64,000 nt of DNA, from the NCBI GenBank assembly GCA_951406725.2, contig OX597817.1, positions 147,374,001-147,438,000 on the forward strand. Reading direction: 5' to 3'. The notes beneath the pieces were generated by a model that saw only the letters and a program-made list of their open reading frames with translations, was not told the origin of the DNA and did no database searches. The stretch is from Octopus vulgaris. Taxonomy: Eukaryota. The stretch's first letter is position 1, and each line of letters opens with the position of its first letter. The position numbers and the translations under genes are program-made. Positions 52,371 through 64,000 of the stretch are shown here, one piece after another.

Positions 52371-53264
52371 ATGTAAATTTGCTATATCCCATTGTGTTAC
52401 ACCGCTATATTAAGGGGATATTCAAGCTATGTGTTCGTAGATGTGGTGCCAAAGAAGGAGCAATATCTCATGATATATGCATATACACCAATATGGCCAT
52501 ACTTCTAACTTCGATGGCATTGTTTACATTAGACGTAATCGTATACAAAACGTCGAAGAAAATCATTGGCGGCTAAAATTTCTAAAGGAATTCTATAGAT
52601 TTAAATTTAAGAAGTAATATAATATTCTACATTGGAACATTTATATCACTCGGCTTAAATACTGGACCGCATTTTCTTCAGTTACTTTTCCAAAATATAC
52701 GCTACACATAAATTAACGTACATACCCATAAAATCATGGGAGATTCTACTCTAACGCACACACACACACACACACACTTTCACTATCTATTACCGATACA
52801 TGAAACAAACATCCATCGAACTTATACCTACGTTTGTACACTACTTACGATTAAATTCTCAACCACATTTTTATAAATCAGTTTCCTAATACGTAAACAA
52901 CTTTCAGTATAATATATATAGCCACACTCAAACATGCACACACATCTACATAGTCTACATGAAGCAAATAGCATTCTACCATAGTGATCAAATGTTTGAG
53001 CTATACATTAGTTCATTCTCCCAATCAAATAAATATCGCACGATGTAGCACACATCAGGTGTCGAAGTGATCACGGAGGAACAGGAGATGGCGTGTTTTG
53101 CTCGGAAACACAACCCGCCACTGAGTCCTCGAATTGAAATCACGATCTTGGTAACGGCAGTGGACAGTGGCCTGTCTTTTAATAACGTAGGCAAACTCAG
53201 ATATATCAAGTACCATGCAATATTAAATCTTGATTATTAAAATTATCACCGCATTTAGAATATT

Positions 53265-53388
53265 CAGTAATCTCTCGCCATATCGCGGTTCACCTATCGC
53301 CCACTCAGTACATCGCAGATATTTCTGGCTAATATATGTAAATTTATTTGGCGGACTGCTCAGTGTATCACGGGATTCTCTGGCTGAT

Positions 53389-53391
<3 letters not shown>
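53265..53391. mobile_element. pogo/Tigger-type terminal fragment
   Basis: CAGTAATCTCTCGCCATATCGCGGTTCA matches the TIR of 11686-11932. Confidence 0.6.
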
Positions 53392-53448
<57 letters not shown>

Positions 53449-53735
53449 CAATTGAGGATAAAATCTTTAAAAGAAATTATCAGTAGTTAGCGTGAAAAAC
53501 CTCGTAAGAGAAAAAATCCGTAAATTTTTCCACTTTGAAAATATTTATTTATATTATATTGAGGGTACTACTATTCGTAGATAACACACGCTAAAGAGGG
53601 ACCAATGCGGTCAAAACTACTAAAATAAACAAAATTTTACCGAATGCAAAACTTCAAAGCAAATCATTTAAAAAAAGAATTTAGTTACATATCACCTGTG
53701 ATTTCGCAATTAATGCAGAATATGCATTCTATGTT

Positions 53736-53790
<55 letters not shown>

Positions 53791-54721
53791 CATATATTGT
53801 ATACATATTTATAAGCATATATATATATCCCTGTTTATATACATACATGCACATATATTTACGCGCGTGTGTGTGTGCGTGTGTCTACATTGAACTTACG
53901 CGGATAGCTAAATTATTTTTGAAGTGTTTTCAATTGTTGGACATTATGGACTGTATGAAAGTTCATAATATATATATATGTATATACCAGAAGATATAAT
54001 CCTGACGAAATTATATGAATATGCATTAAACACTACTCGCCTAACCCTATGCACATACGTATCAAACAAGTAGAATGTGGAATAGTTTCACATAGAATAT
54101 ACACACATGCGTACAAACACATTCAGTAACGTCAGGATAGGTGCGCTCTCTCACACGTAAGCAAACACACATACACAACAACATGTCCAACATACGAACT
54201 TACACAGATTGATTTTGTAATTCAATGCATCACAGACCCTTGATTATGTGTGTGTGTCATCTCTTGTCATCATTAAATGAAAAGAGGATGCTCGTTACCA
54301 AGGTTACTGAGTAAAATATTAGAACAAAAACATTATGCTGCTTTCGCTTAATTAGATATTTTGCTTGGTTAAGCAGTTGTTCACCGGAAAGATGGACATT
54401 GAAGCAAAGCCAAACTGGGAAAGCCTGTTGTGTCTCATTTTTCTGATTTTCTCTCTCGTTATTACTCAATGCCTGCGGCTCAGAGAAATGTGTAGCGAGT
54501 GAACTGTCTCTCTCTCCTCTTCTTTCTCTCCACTATACATGTATGTGTGTGTGTGTGTGCGTGTGTAATGCATGTATGTATCTGTCTACATCAACATATG
54601 CATGAATATATATGTCTACGTATATGTGTGTATATATACATCTTTATGAAGGAACATACATACATACATGCATATATATATATAGGTACATATATATATA
54701 TACATACATATATATATAAAA

Positions 54722-54839
<118 letters not shown>

Positions 54840-54855
54840 GTATGTATGTATGTAT

Positions 54856-54891
<36 letters not shown>

Positions 54892-55092
54892 GATTGTATG
54901 TATGTCCCTATAGAAAGATAAAATGTTCTCTGACTATCAAGTTATGAAGCTGGTTATCTGTTTACATATAGATGTACTTATCTACAGGAATGCATTCGGA
55001 AAAAAATCCTTTAATATGTTTCTCTACTTTTGGAGCTCAAATCCCACCGAAGCGAGCTTTGTTATTTTTCATTCCGAGTTGGATGAAATAAT

Positions 55093-55768
55093 CTTTTCTA
55101 TTCTCGGCACAAGGCCCAAAATTTTGTGGGTCGGGGCCTGTCGATTAGATCGACACCAGTGCGTAACTGGTGCTTAATTTATCGAACCCGTAAGGATGAA
55201 AGGCAAAGTCGACCTCGGCGGAATTTGAACTCAGAATGTCAACTCAGACGAAATACCACTCGGCTTTTCGCCCGGCTTGCTAACTTTTCTTATTTCTTAT
55301 GGCCCACAAGGGGTTAAACATAGAGGGGACAAACAAGGACAGACAAAGTGATTATGTCGATTACATCGACCCCAAGGCGTAATTGGTACTAAATTTATCG
55401 ACCCCGAAAGGATGAAAGGCAAAGTCGAACTCGGCGGAATTTGAACTCAGAACGTAAAAACAGACGAAATACCACTAAGCATTTCGCCCGGCGTGCTAAC
55501 GTTTGTGCTAGTTCGCCGCCTTAAAGATATATTCTTTTCTGCTCTAGGCACAAGGCCCGAAATTTGGGGGATGGAGCCAGTCGATTAGATCGACCGCAGT
55601 ACAAAACTGGTACTTAATTTATCGACCCGGAAATGATGAACGCAAAGACAACCTCGCCGGAATTTGAACTCAGAACGTAAAGACAGTCGAAATACCGCTA
55701 AGTATTTCTCCTGGCATTCTAACGTTTCTACGTTCTAACGTTTCTACGTTCTAACGTTTCGCCGCCTT
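55093..55768 (-). mobile_element. SINE family B composite flanked by a 17-bp TSD
   Basis: GAGTTGGATGAAATAAT at 55076-55092 and 55769-55785; three family B units inside. Confidence 0.85.
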
Positions 55769-55858
55769 GAGTTGGATGAAATAATGCACGAGGCATTGAC
55801 TAAACCCTTCTCATCAAATTTTCTATCCTTGTGCATGAAGCAAAACTGTTATTATCGA

Positions 55859-55906
<48 letters not shown>

Positions 55907-56034
55907 CTGCTGTAATCATCGTCATTATCGTCGTAATCGTCGTCATTTCGTCGTCGTCTTCGTCGTCGTAGTAGTAGTAATAGCAACGGCAGCAACAACA
56001 GTAGCTCCATGTGGGAAATACTGTTTCCTATTAA

Positions 56035-56478
56035 GGCGGCGAGCTGGCAGACTCGTTAGTACGCCGGACGAAATGCGTAGCCGTATTTGTCTGCCGTTAC
56101 GTTCTGAGTTCAAATTCCGCCGAGTTCGACTTTGCCTTTCATCTTTTCGGGGTCGATTAAGTCAGTATCAGTCACGCACTGGGATCGATATAATTGACTC
56201 AATCCGTTTGTCTGTCCTTGTTTGTCCTCTCTTTGTTTAGCCCCTTGTGGGTAGTAAAGAAATAGGTATTTAGTCTGTCTTTACGTTCTGAGTTCAAATT
56301 CCGCCGAGGTCGACTTTGCCTTTCATCCTTTCGGGGTCGATAAATTAAGTATCAGTTACGCACTGGGGTCGATGAAATAAGCACCAGTTATGTATTGGGT
56401 CGATGTAATTGACTGAATCCCTTTGTCTGTACTTGTTGTCCCCTCTCTGTTTAACTCCCTGCAGGCAATAAAGAAATA
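56035..56478 (+). mobile_element. SINE family B dimer
   Basis: Head, then junction GTAAAGAAATA|GGTATTT; AAATACTGTTT repeated on both flanks. Confidence 0.9.
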
Positions 56479-57351
56479 AATACTGTTTTCTGTATTTTGC
56501 TATTATGTTCATTCAATTTATTAAGCTACTGTATTGATCCACACAAGATATACCACTTGGAAACTAATTAAATATAGTAATTATGCAATGCCGTGTTTAT
56601 CTTTGTTCTTGCGATTAAGTCCTGCCGTCACTGCTTAAGTAGACCTAAGTGTTAGTGATAGCCGATAGAAGTTCTGACGATGGCCATTTCATCTCTATGA
56701 TGAGAAATACCATTTCATCACTGTTTTAGAAATGGCAGATTCACTTACCAGAGGAGAAATACAGGATGCGACAATAAATAAAAACATCCCACATTCACCA
56801 TTTCTAATAAACGATTTAACATACAATTTGCACCAGGCTGAACCATGAGGATAACTGAAAAAACTAGAACCAATAAAATATTACATCAATACTCGTTTAT
56901 CACATGGGTTTGGTTCACATAATCACATTAAAAAAGAAAAACAAAGCAAAACAAAAAACAGTGATAAATGAATCAGTTACAGACTTTTTGTAAAGGGAGT
57001 GAATAGTAGACTCACTGACATAAAACACTCGGCTCACAACAGTGAAACTTCCATCGTTACATTTTTCCTTGTTTGTTTCTACCTCTTTCTGCAGAGAATA
57101 AATTCGACTACGTCATTTGTTAAGACTATGCTCCTTCGTTCACTGGACTCATGTTGATGAGTATCAATGAGTACACCAATCCACATAAAAGTACACAGTC
57201 TCGACGCACCGTACTCAGTGCATTCTGAGTAGCTCTGAATTGTGGGTGTCTGTGGGGAGCGGTTTTGACGTCCAAGGGGAATCTCCCACAGTTCGTTGAC
57301 CCTTGTTATCACAACTCAATTTAATCTGTAATAAGCTAACACGGTTCACAA

Positions 57352-57562
57352 TTGAGTGTGTCCTATTATCCCGGATCAGTGTGTCCTATTATCCCGCAGC
57401 ATTGTGTCCTATTATCCCGCATCAGTGTGTCCTATCATGCCAGATCAATGTGTCCTATTATCCTCGTTCAGTGTGCCCTATTATCCCGCATCAGTATGTC
57501 CTATTTTCCCGCATCATTGTGCCCTATTATCCCGGATCAGAATGTTCTATTATCCCAGATGA
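57352..57562. repeat. Minisatellite, unit of 20-23 bp, about 9 copies
   Basis: Consensus ATCAGTGTGTCCTATTATCCCG(C/G). Confidence 0.9.
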
Positions 57563-57689
57563 GTGATGAATGGATCAGTGATGAATGGATAAATGATGAT
57601 TGTATTAAGTTACAAAATAAGAAAACACCCAACAAAAGATCTGCAACAGTTTTTGGCCAAGTTCTAAGTTGAATACTTTGACAATTTTA

Positions 57690-57850
57690 GCGCAAGAGTG
57701 GCTGTGTGGCAAGTAGCTTGCTTACCAACCACATGGTTCTGGATTCAGTCCCACTGCGTGGCATTTTGGGCAAGTGTCTTCTACTATAGCTTCGGGCCGA
57801 CGAAAGCCTTGTGAGTGGATTTAGTAGACGGAAACTGAAAGAAACTCGTC

Positions 57851-57882
<32 letters not shown>

Positions 57883-57902
57883 GACATATATACATATACA
57901 TA

Positions 57903-57950
<48 letters not shown>

Positions 57951-58160
57951 TATGTATATGTTTGTATGTGTGCCCCCCCAACATCGCTTGACAACCTATG
58001 CTGGTGTGTTTACGTCCCCGTAACTTAGCGGTTCGACAAAAAGTGACCGATAGAATAAGTACAAGGCTTACAAAAAATAAGTTCTGGGGTCGATTCGTTC
58101 GACTAAAGGCGGTGCTCCAGCATGGCCGCTGTCAAAACGACTGAAACAAGTAAAAGAGTA
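57690..58160 (+). mobile_element. SINE family A, full length
   Basis: Near-consensus head and tail. Confidence 0.9.
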
Positions 58161-58631
58161 GTATTATTTGCTTGTACATTAGATCTGTTTCAACCCCCCC
58201 CCCCATCCCATGTAAATTAGAAGCTCAACAGGGCAATGTCTTATCTCACGCTATGTGTCGCGAATTAGCGGCAGGAACGAGTGTTTCTAATCATTCCAGT
58301 ATTGAAATAAATGGATGTTAAAGTGGCGGCATCGATGTCTCTGAAGTGGGAAGGGTTTAACCAAACTGTTGAAGTGATAATTCGATTGCAGCTAAACGAT
58401 AACAACAGCCACAACATCGACGACAACGATACAAACAGAAACAGCATATGAAGACACACGTATGCACACGCTGCAACAACGGTTACAGATACATCAGTGA
58501 GTCTACATACAATAGGACCGGGGTTATTAGAAAATTACACTAACGAGGAGACCTCTGTGTGATGGCTCGGCGATGTTAGAAATAGTAGCTAAATCTCACT
58601 AGTCATACTTAATTATTTGAAAAACAAGGAG

Positions 58632-59548
58632 GCACCTGCTTGAAATTCCATTAATATCCAGTTCTTATAAGTTTAGAATTTTAATTCCTTTTATTTTGTA
58701 TCTTTATCATATTTTTCTCTAACCTAATGAGTTTATAGACATATTTATTTGTTGTACTCATGGACCGACTTCAACCCGCAATCATTTGAATGATTATAGG
58801 GAAAATACTTTTGATCAAGTGCGATCGATGATTATACAAGAAGAAAAAGAAAAAAGAAGAGGAAATAGGAAAAGAAATAAGAGAAGAGGAAGTAGAAAAA
58901 GAAAAAGAAAAAGAAGAGGAAGAACAACAACAGTAGGAAAGACAACAATAAGTGCGACAAAAGTTACAAGTAAGGGAAATCCACCGCAGTGATGATACTT
59001 TCAGAAAAAAAAAAACATAACGATTGAGATCTTAGTAGTAGTAATCAAATCTTCCTGAAATGGAAGGAGTATGAATCGTCAAATTAGAAATAAGCTAAGA
59101 AATACTTACATAGGATTTTAGAATTTATCGCTAAGAGCAATACACAAAAGGAAAAGATTGGGAACTAGACCAGGGACAAAGCATATCTTGATGGCCATAA
59201 GCGGAAATCTCAATTTTTTTATAGAGAATAACATAGATTTGAAATTGCGTCTTAATCTGAACCTGAAGCAACTACATCATGGATTATCAATTGAGTAACA
59301 CACAAAGCTGCTAGATTTACTTTCAGTTTAAATTTATTTCACGGTGATTCAAAGTTTCCGTCGTACAACTATTACCTGGTCACTGTCACATCTCCACAGC
59401 ACCTGCTTGAAATTCCATTAATATCCAGTTCTTATAAGTTTAGAATTTTAATTCCTTTTATTTTGTATCTTTATCATATTTTTCTCTAACCTAATGAGTT
59501 TATAGACATATTTATTTGTTGTACTCATGGACCGACTTTAACCCGCAA
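58632..59548 (+). repeat. Spaced 150-bp direct duplication (58632-58781 and 59399-59548)
   Basis: GCACCTGCTTGAAATTCC...ACCCGCAA; one mismatch seen. Confidence 0.95.
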
Positions 59549-60228
59549 CATCGGTCATCATTACTCATTAACAGTACGCAATTAAGTTTTTTTTTTGTTG
59601 TTGTTTCCTTCCGACGTTGTGTATATTAATGTCATCATAATTTCCAGTCTTTTCTCTCCCGCTTCTTCCTATTTATTTAATCTAAAGTGTATTTAACAGC
59701 TTTGTGTGTTATTAAATGGCTCTTTCACGGTGTAATTGCTATCTTGTTTACATTATTGTTTTTTAATAATTTTATTTGTTCATTCTCTGTAAATATTTGT
59801 AGTCTATCAAATTTTAATTCGTCCCAATACTATAGTCTACCGTGTATTCCATTCTTCCTCTTGTTTTTTCTATAATTCTTATCCGTCAACGTCGCTAGAC
59901 TTTGTAAGCTTCTGGTTTAGCATTTCTTAATTTCTTTGAATTTTTTTCTGTACATCATCATGATCATACTCATGTCCATCATCATCAGCATCATCGTTGT
60001 CGTCGTCGTCGTCGTCGTCGTCATTATCATCATCATCATCATCATAATCATCATCATCATCATCATCACCACCATCATCATTCTCGTCGTCATCATCATC
60101 ATTTTAGGAGAAGGCGAGCTGGAAAAACCGTTTGCACCGAACAAAAAAACAAGCTGTACGTTTTCTTTACGTTCTGACTTCAATTTACACCAAGGTTCAC
60201 TTCGCTTTTCAACCCTTCACATCGATAA

Positions 60229-60582
60229 TTAGTTAGTTAGTTAGTTAGTTAATTTGGCTCAAAAGCAAATAGCAAGGCCATGTAGGGGGACATGGAGTTA
60301 AGTACAGGGTGGTGTTCATGTAAAGAGTTCAGGCCACTTGAAGTCAAGGGAGACTTTGAACAAAGCGGTCGTCGGCATCTTCACCATCTCGTCTGGCAGC
60401 TTGTTCCACGGATCCGCAACCCGGACGGAGAAAGCTCCTCTCCTTCGATTGAGATAAAATCGTCGCAGGTAGAGCTTTTCGGAATGACCCCGCAGCCGAC
60501 GCTCTGGAGCAGGAGTGAAGAACAGCTCTTTCGAGAGGTTACACTTTCCGCTTATGATGTTGTGTGCGAGAATGAGATCACC
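60229..60582 (-). mobile_element. Young CR1-type LINE 3' end with (TAAC)n tail, nested in an old SINE B (about 60112-60665)
   Basis: Open frame GDLILAHNII...RLRGHSEKLYLRRFYLNRRRGAFSVRVADPWNKLPDEMV...FKVSLD. Confidence 0.9.
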
Positions 60583-61044
60583 ACTCAGGTACTTGAATCA
60601 GTAGAATCGATTCCCCCCCCACCACTCGAAACGACTGACATTCTGCCTAAATTTGAAACCATTATTATTGTAGTAGTATTAGTTGTTCTTTAAAATAGAG
60701 AAAAACCAGACTAGGAAAAAATAAAGAAGAGTTAAAAATCAAAGCAAGATTATGGATAGAAAGAAAAGAATAGAACGTAAAGGTGAGGAAAAAGAAGAAA
60801 AAAGAACGAGGTTAAAGATTGTTCTCATTCTAAATGTCGCATGCGGCACTGATGTCTAAACTGGTGTCTCAAACGCCGAAGGGTTTTGGAAATGACACTT
60901 GCTTTGTCGACTTGCAGGAAAATGCCGTCCTTTATTTTACAAGGATACCAAGAAAAATGTTTGGAAAATGAAGATAGCTGCCACCAAACCCCCAGGAAGA
61001 CAAAATAACAAACTGCTAATGAAATTAGAATATAATAGTCTGTC

Positions 61045-61045
<1 letters not shown>

Positions 61046-61103
<58 letters not shown>

Positions 61104-61151
61104 GTTGTAGTAGTAGTAGTAATAGTAAGCAGCAGTAGTAGTAGTAATAGT

Positions 61152-61218
<67 letters not shown>

Positions 61219-61238
61219 CATAATAATAATAATAATAA
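61046..61238. repeat. (AAT)n/(TAG)n microsatellites
   Basis: Trinucleotide runs. Confidence 0.95.
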
Positions 61239-61648
61239 GCCAGACATAGTCTTAATTGAGAAAGAAAACAAACTATGCTGGACCATAGATATAGCATGCA
61301 CAGCTGACAACGGTGTATGCGATAAGGAAGAATGCAATTTGAGATATATGAGGGGGGTTAGCTTGGGAAGTTAAGCAGCTGTGGTCGTTGAAAAAGGTAG
61401 CAGTAGTAACAATAATTGTCTCAGAGCCCTGGGAACAGTGAGCAAAATCTCGAGAATTACGTGGAACAAATAGGGCTGCAATAATGGTGGAGCACTTGCG
61501 GAAACCCACTGCTTCGAACCGCTGGGATACTCCGGAAGGTGCTCGAAAAATTAGAGGTGTTACCTTAGTTCACTGGTACTGAACAGCTGACACTGTAATA
61601 CGTCTCTAGCATTAAAAGCGTTGAAAAGGTAACAACAACAACATTAAC

Positions 61649-61744
<96 letters not shown>

Positions 61745-61791
61745 AAAAACCTCTCTTGGAATGAGAACCCAGGTTCGAAATTTCACCAGGA

Positions 61792-61833
61792 TACCTGCTG
61801 GAGGCTGGAGAGTATATCAACCGAAACGTTGTG
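61792..61833 (+). ncRNA. Degenerate hammerhead-like motif in a Penelope-like fragment (about 61750-61925)
   Basis: tac-CTGCTGG-a-ggctg...caacc-GAAA-cg-TT-gtg; two core mismatches. Confidence 0.35.
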
Positions 61834-61996
61834 TTATCAACAAACAAGATGACGACAAATATTGTCAAATATAAATGAAGCAAATAAAGTACATAATTCC
61901 TCATTTCTCAAATATAGAACTATAAAATAAAATCTGTTACAAACCTTAACTACTGAGAATGTCAAAAAGCTCTGTGTTTCTACTCTCTTAGACGCT

Positions 61997-62087
<91 letters not shown>

Positions 62088-62091
62088 TAGA

Positions 62092-62545
62092 GAGGGAGGT
62101 ATATACTGTCATATACGTATGAAAAGTCTTGGGTGGGGACATATTCTACGCTTCGATATTAGAGAGAATTTAATTGCCCGAACTGGTAGATACTGTCAAA
62201 CTTCCGAATATTCAGCATTCGAAATCACAAGCGAAATCACTCTATTGCACCAGTCTGATATTTAGAAATCTTCAGTTGTTGAATTGCTTACCTAAAGAAA
62301 TCAGAAATATAAAAGGGGCCTCTACTGAAATAGTTAAAAAATAAGCCGGATAAAACTCTTGACAACGATACCGGAGCAGCCAACCATTCAAGGATTAACA
62401 CAAGGAAGATCAGCTAGGAACTCAATCATAAACCAATTACCAGCATAAAGCGACGACAAAACTGAAAGAAAATAAATGAAAGCGGTGCCCTAGCATGGCC
62501 GCAGTTCTACGATTGAAACCATTTGAATAAAGAATAAAAGAAGAG
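62092..62545 (+). mobile_element. CR1-type LINE 3' end whose UTR matches the SINE A tail
   Basis: SLIFRNLQLLNCLPKEIRNIKG, TIPEQPTIQG, NSIINQ; UTR GCGGTGCCCTAGCATGGCCGCAGT...TGAAAC. Confidence 0.75.
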
Positions 62546-62654
62546 CTAATGTTAGAGAATAACGTTTTGTATTATTGCATGAAGACAGAATCATGGGCAG
62601 ACTGACGGCTCGACAGACCAACCGAGAAGTAGAGATGAAAATGTGAATGGTAAT

Positions 62655-62689
62655 AGTGGTGGTGGTGGTGATGGTGGTGGTGGTGGTGG

Positions 62690-62726
<37 letters not shown>

Positions 62727-63830
62727 TCTGTAGAAGACGGAGGAAGTGGAAGATAAATGGAAGGAAGCAAGATGAAGATGAAAAAGTTGTGAAAGCAAAG
62801 TAAAAGCAAAAAAACAGCAGCAAAAGAAGATACGGAAGTGGAAGAGAACATAAAGAAGAAGAAGAAGAAGGAGGAGGAGGAGGAGGAGGAGGAGAAGAAG
62901 AAGAGAAGAAGAAGAAGAAGAAGAAGATGATGATGATGATGATGATGAAGAAGAAGAAAAAGACGATGATGATGATGAAGTAGTGAAGGCAAAAAAAACA
63001 GAAGCAAAAGAAGATACGGAAGTGGAAGAGAACATAAAGAAGAAGAAGAAGAAGGAGGAGGAGGAGGAGGAGGAGGAGAAGAAGAAGAGAAGAAGAAGAA
63101 GAAGAAGAAGATGATGATGATGATGATGATGAAGAAGAAGAAAAAGACGATGATGATGATGAAGTAGTGAAGGCAAAAAAAACAGAAGCAAAAGAAGATA
63201 AGGAAGTGTAAGAAGTAGAAGAGGAGGAAGAAGAAGAAGAAGAAGAAGAAGAAGAAGAAGAAGAAGAAGAAGAAGAAAAAGGAGGAGAAGAAGAAGAAGT
63301 AGAAGAAGAAGAAGGAGGAGAAGAAGAAGAAGAAGAAGAAGAGGAAAAAGAAGAAGAAGAAGAAGAAAAAGGAGGAGGAGGAGAAGAAGAGAAGAAGAAG
63401 GAGAAGAAGAATAAAAAGAAAAAGGAGAAGAAGAAGAAGAAGAAGAAGAAGAAGAAAAAGGAGGAGAAGAAGAAGAAGAAAAAGGAGGAGAAGGAGAAGA
63501 AAAAGGAGGTGAAGAAGAAGAAGAAGGAGAGAAGAATAAAAAGAAAAAGGAGAAGGAAAAAAAGGAGAAAGAGAAGAAAGAGAAAAAGTAAAAGGAGAAG
63601 AAGGAGAAGAAAGAGAAGAAGAGGAGGAGAAGAAGAAAGAGGAGAAGAAGAAAAAGAAAGAGAAGAAAAAGAAGGAGAAGGAGAAAAAGAAGAATGAGAA
63701 GAAGGAGAAGGAGAAAGTAAAGAAGAAGATGTTGATGATGATGATGATGATGATGAAGGTGATAAAAAAAAGCAGTTAAGAAAAAGGAGAAAGAATAAAA
63801 AGAAAAGTCGAAGAAGAAGGCAGAGGAGAA
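62655..63830. repeat. Purine-rich compound trinucleotide tract (GAA/GAG/GAT) with a higher-order duplication of about 183 bp
   Basis: AGCAAAAGAAGATA(C/A)GGAAGTG recurs near 62820, 63003 and 63187. Confidence 0.9.
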
Positions 63831-64000
63831 GTAAAGAAGCCTGGACGGTCAGAAATGAGAAAATGAGGGACGAGGCTGGAGTTTGGAAGGAATGGAAGGC
63901 CAACAAGTATGGAAGGCCTGTAAGGAAAGAAGCGAATAAGCAAGGAAGCAATTGAAGACCTCGTTTCTCTAAGTAGGATCAGATAAACCGATCGATTTGG

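Noticed and set aside
57352-57562. CRISPR-like regular repeat
   Set aside because: Units are contiguous with no unique spacers, no cas genes, eukaryotic context
60292-60693. 133-aa plus-strand ORF
   Set aside because: Antisense shadow of the CR1 fragment on the minus strand
62490-63951. Long minus-strand ORFs (459 aa, 233 aa) of poly-S/F/L/H
   Set aside because: Read-through of trinucleotide repeats that lack stop codons; no domain-like sequence

Overview
Repeat-rich, AT-rich animal genomic DNA, most likely an octopus (coleoid cephalopod), judging from the SINE families and the dense (TA)n/(CA)n/(ATCT)n microsatellites. I found no host protein-coding exon; most ORFs in the track are microsatellite read-throughs. 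The window is a mosaic of tRNA-derived SINEs (my labels A-D), LINE fragments (Tx1/L1, CR1-type, RTE, R4/Dong-like, Hero-like), a Gypsy 5' end, Tc1/mariner, pogo-like and hAT relics, Helitron-like elements, a GGGATC-ended MITE family with 6-bp TSDs, and Penelope-like LTR pieces carrying minimal hammerhead-ribozyme motifs. The most interesting signal is a retroposon system. SINE family B carries a 3' tail matching the Tx1-clade LINE at 31328-32598. One tail variant inserts at GGTAT (two TSD-flanked monomers show this), and because the SINE body itself contains GGTAT it appears to build head-(body-tail)n arrays by inserting into itself. The Tx1 copy sits in an (ATCT)n microsatellite with a locally templated segment of about 207 bp at its 5' junction. 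All family assignments are from motif recognition by eye and were not database-checked; boundaries are approximate unless TSDs/TIRs are given.
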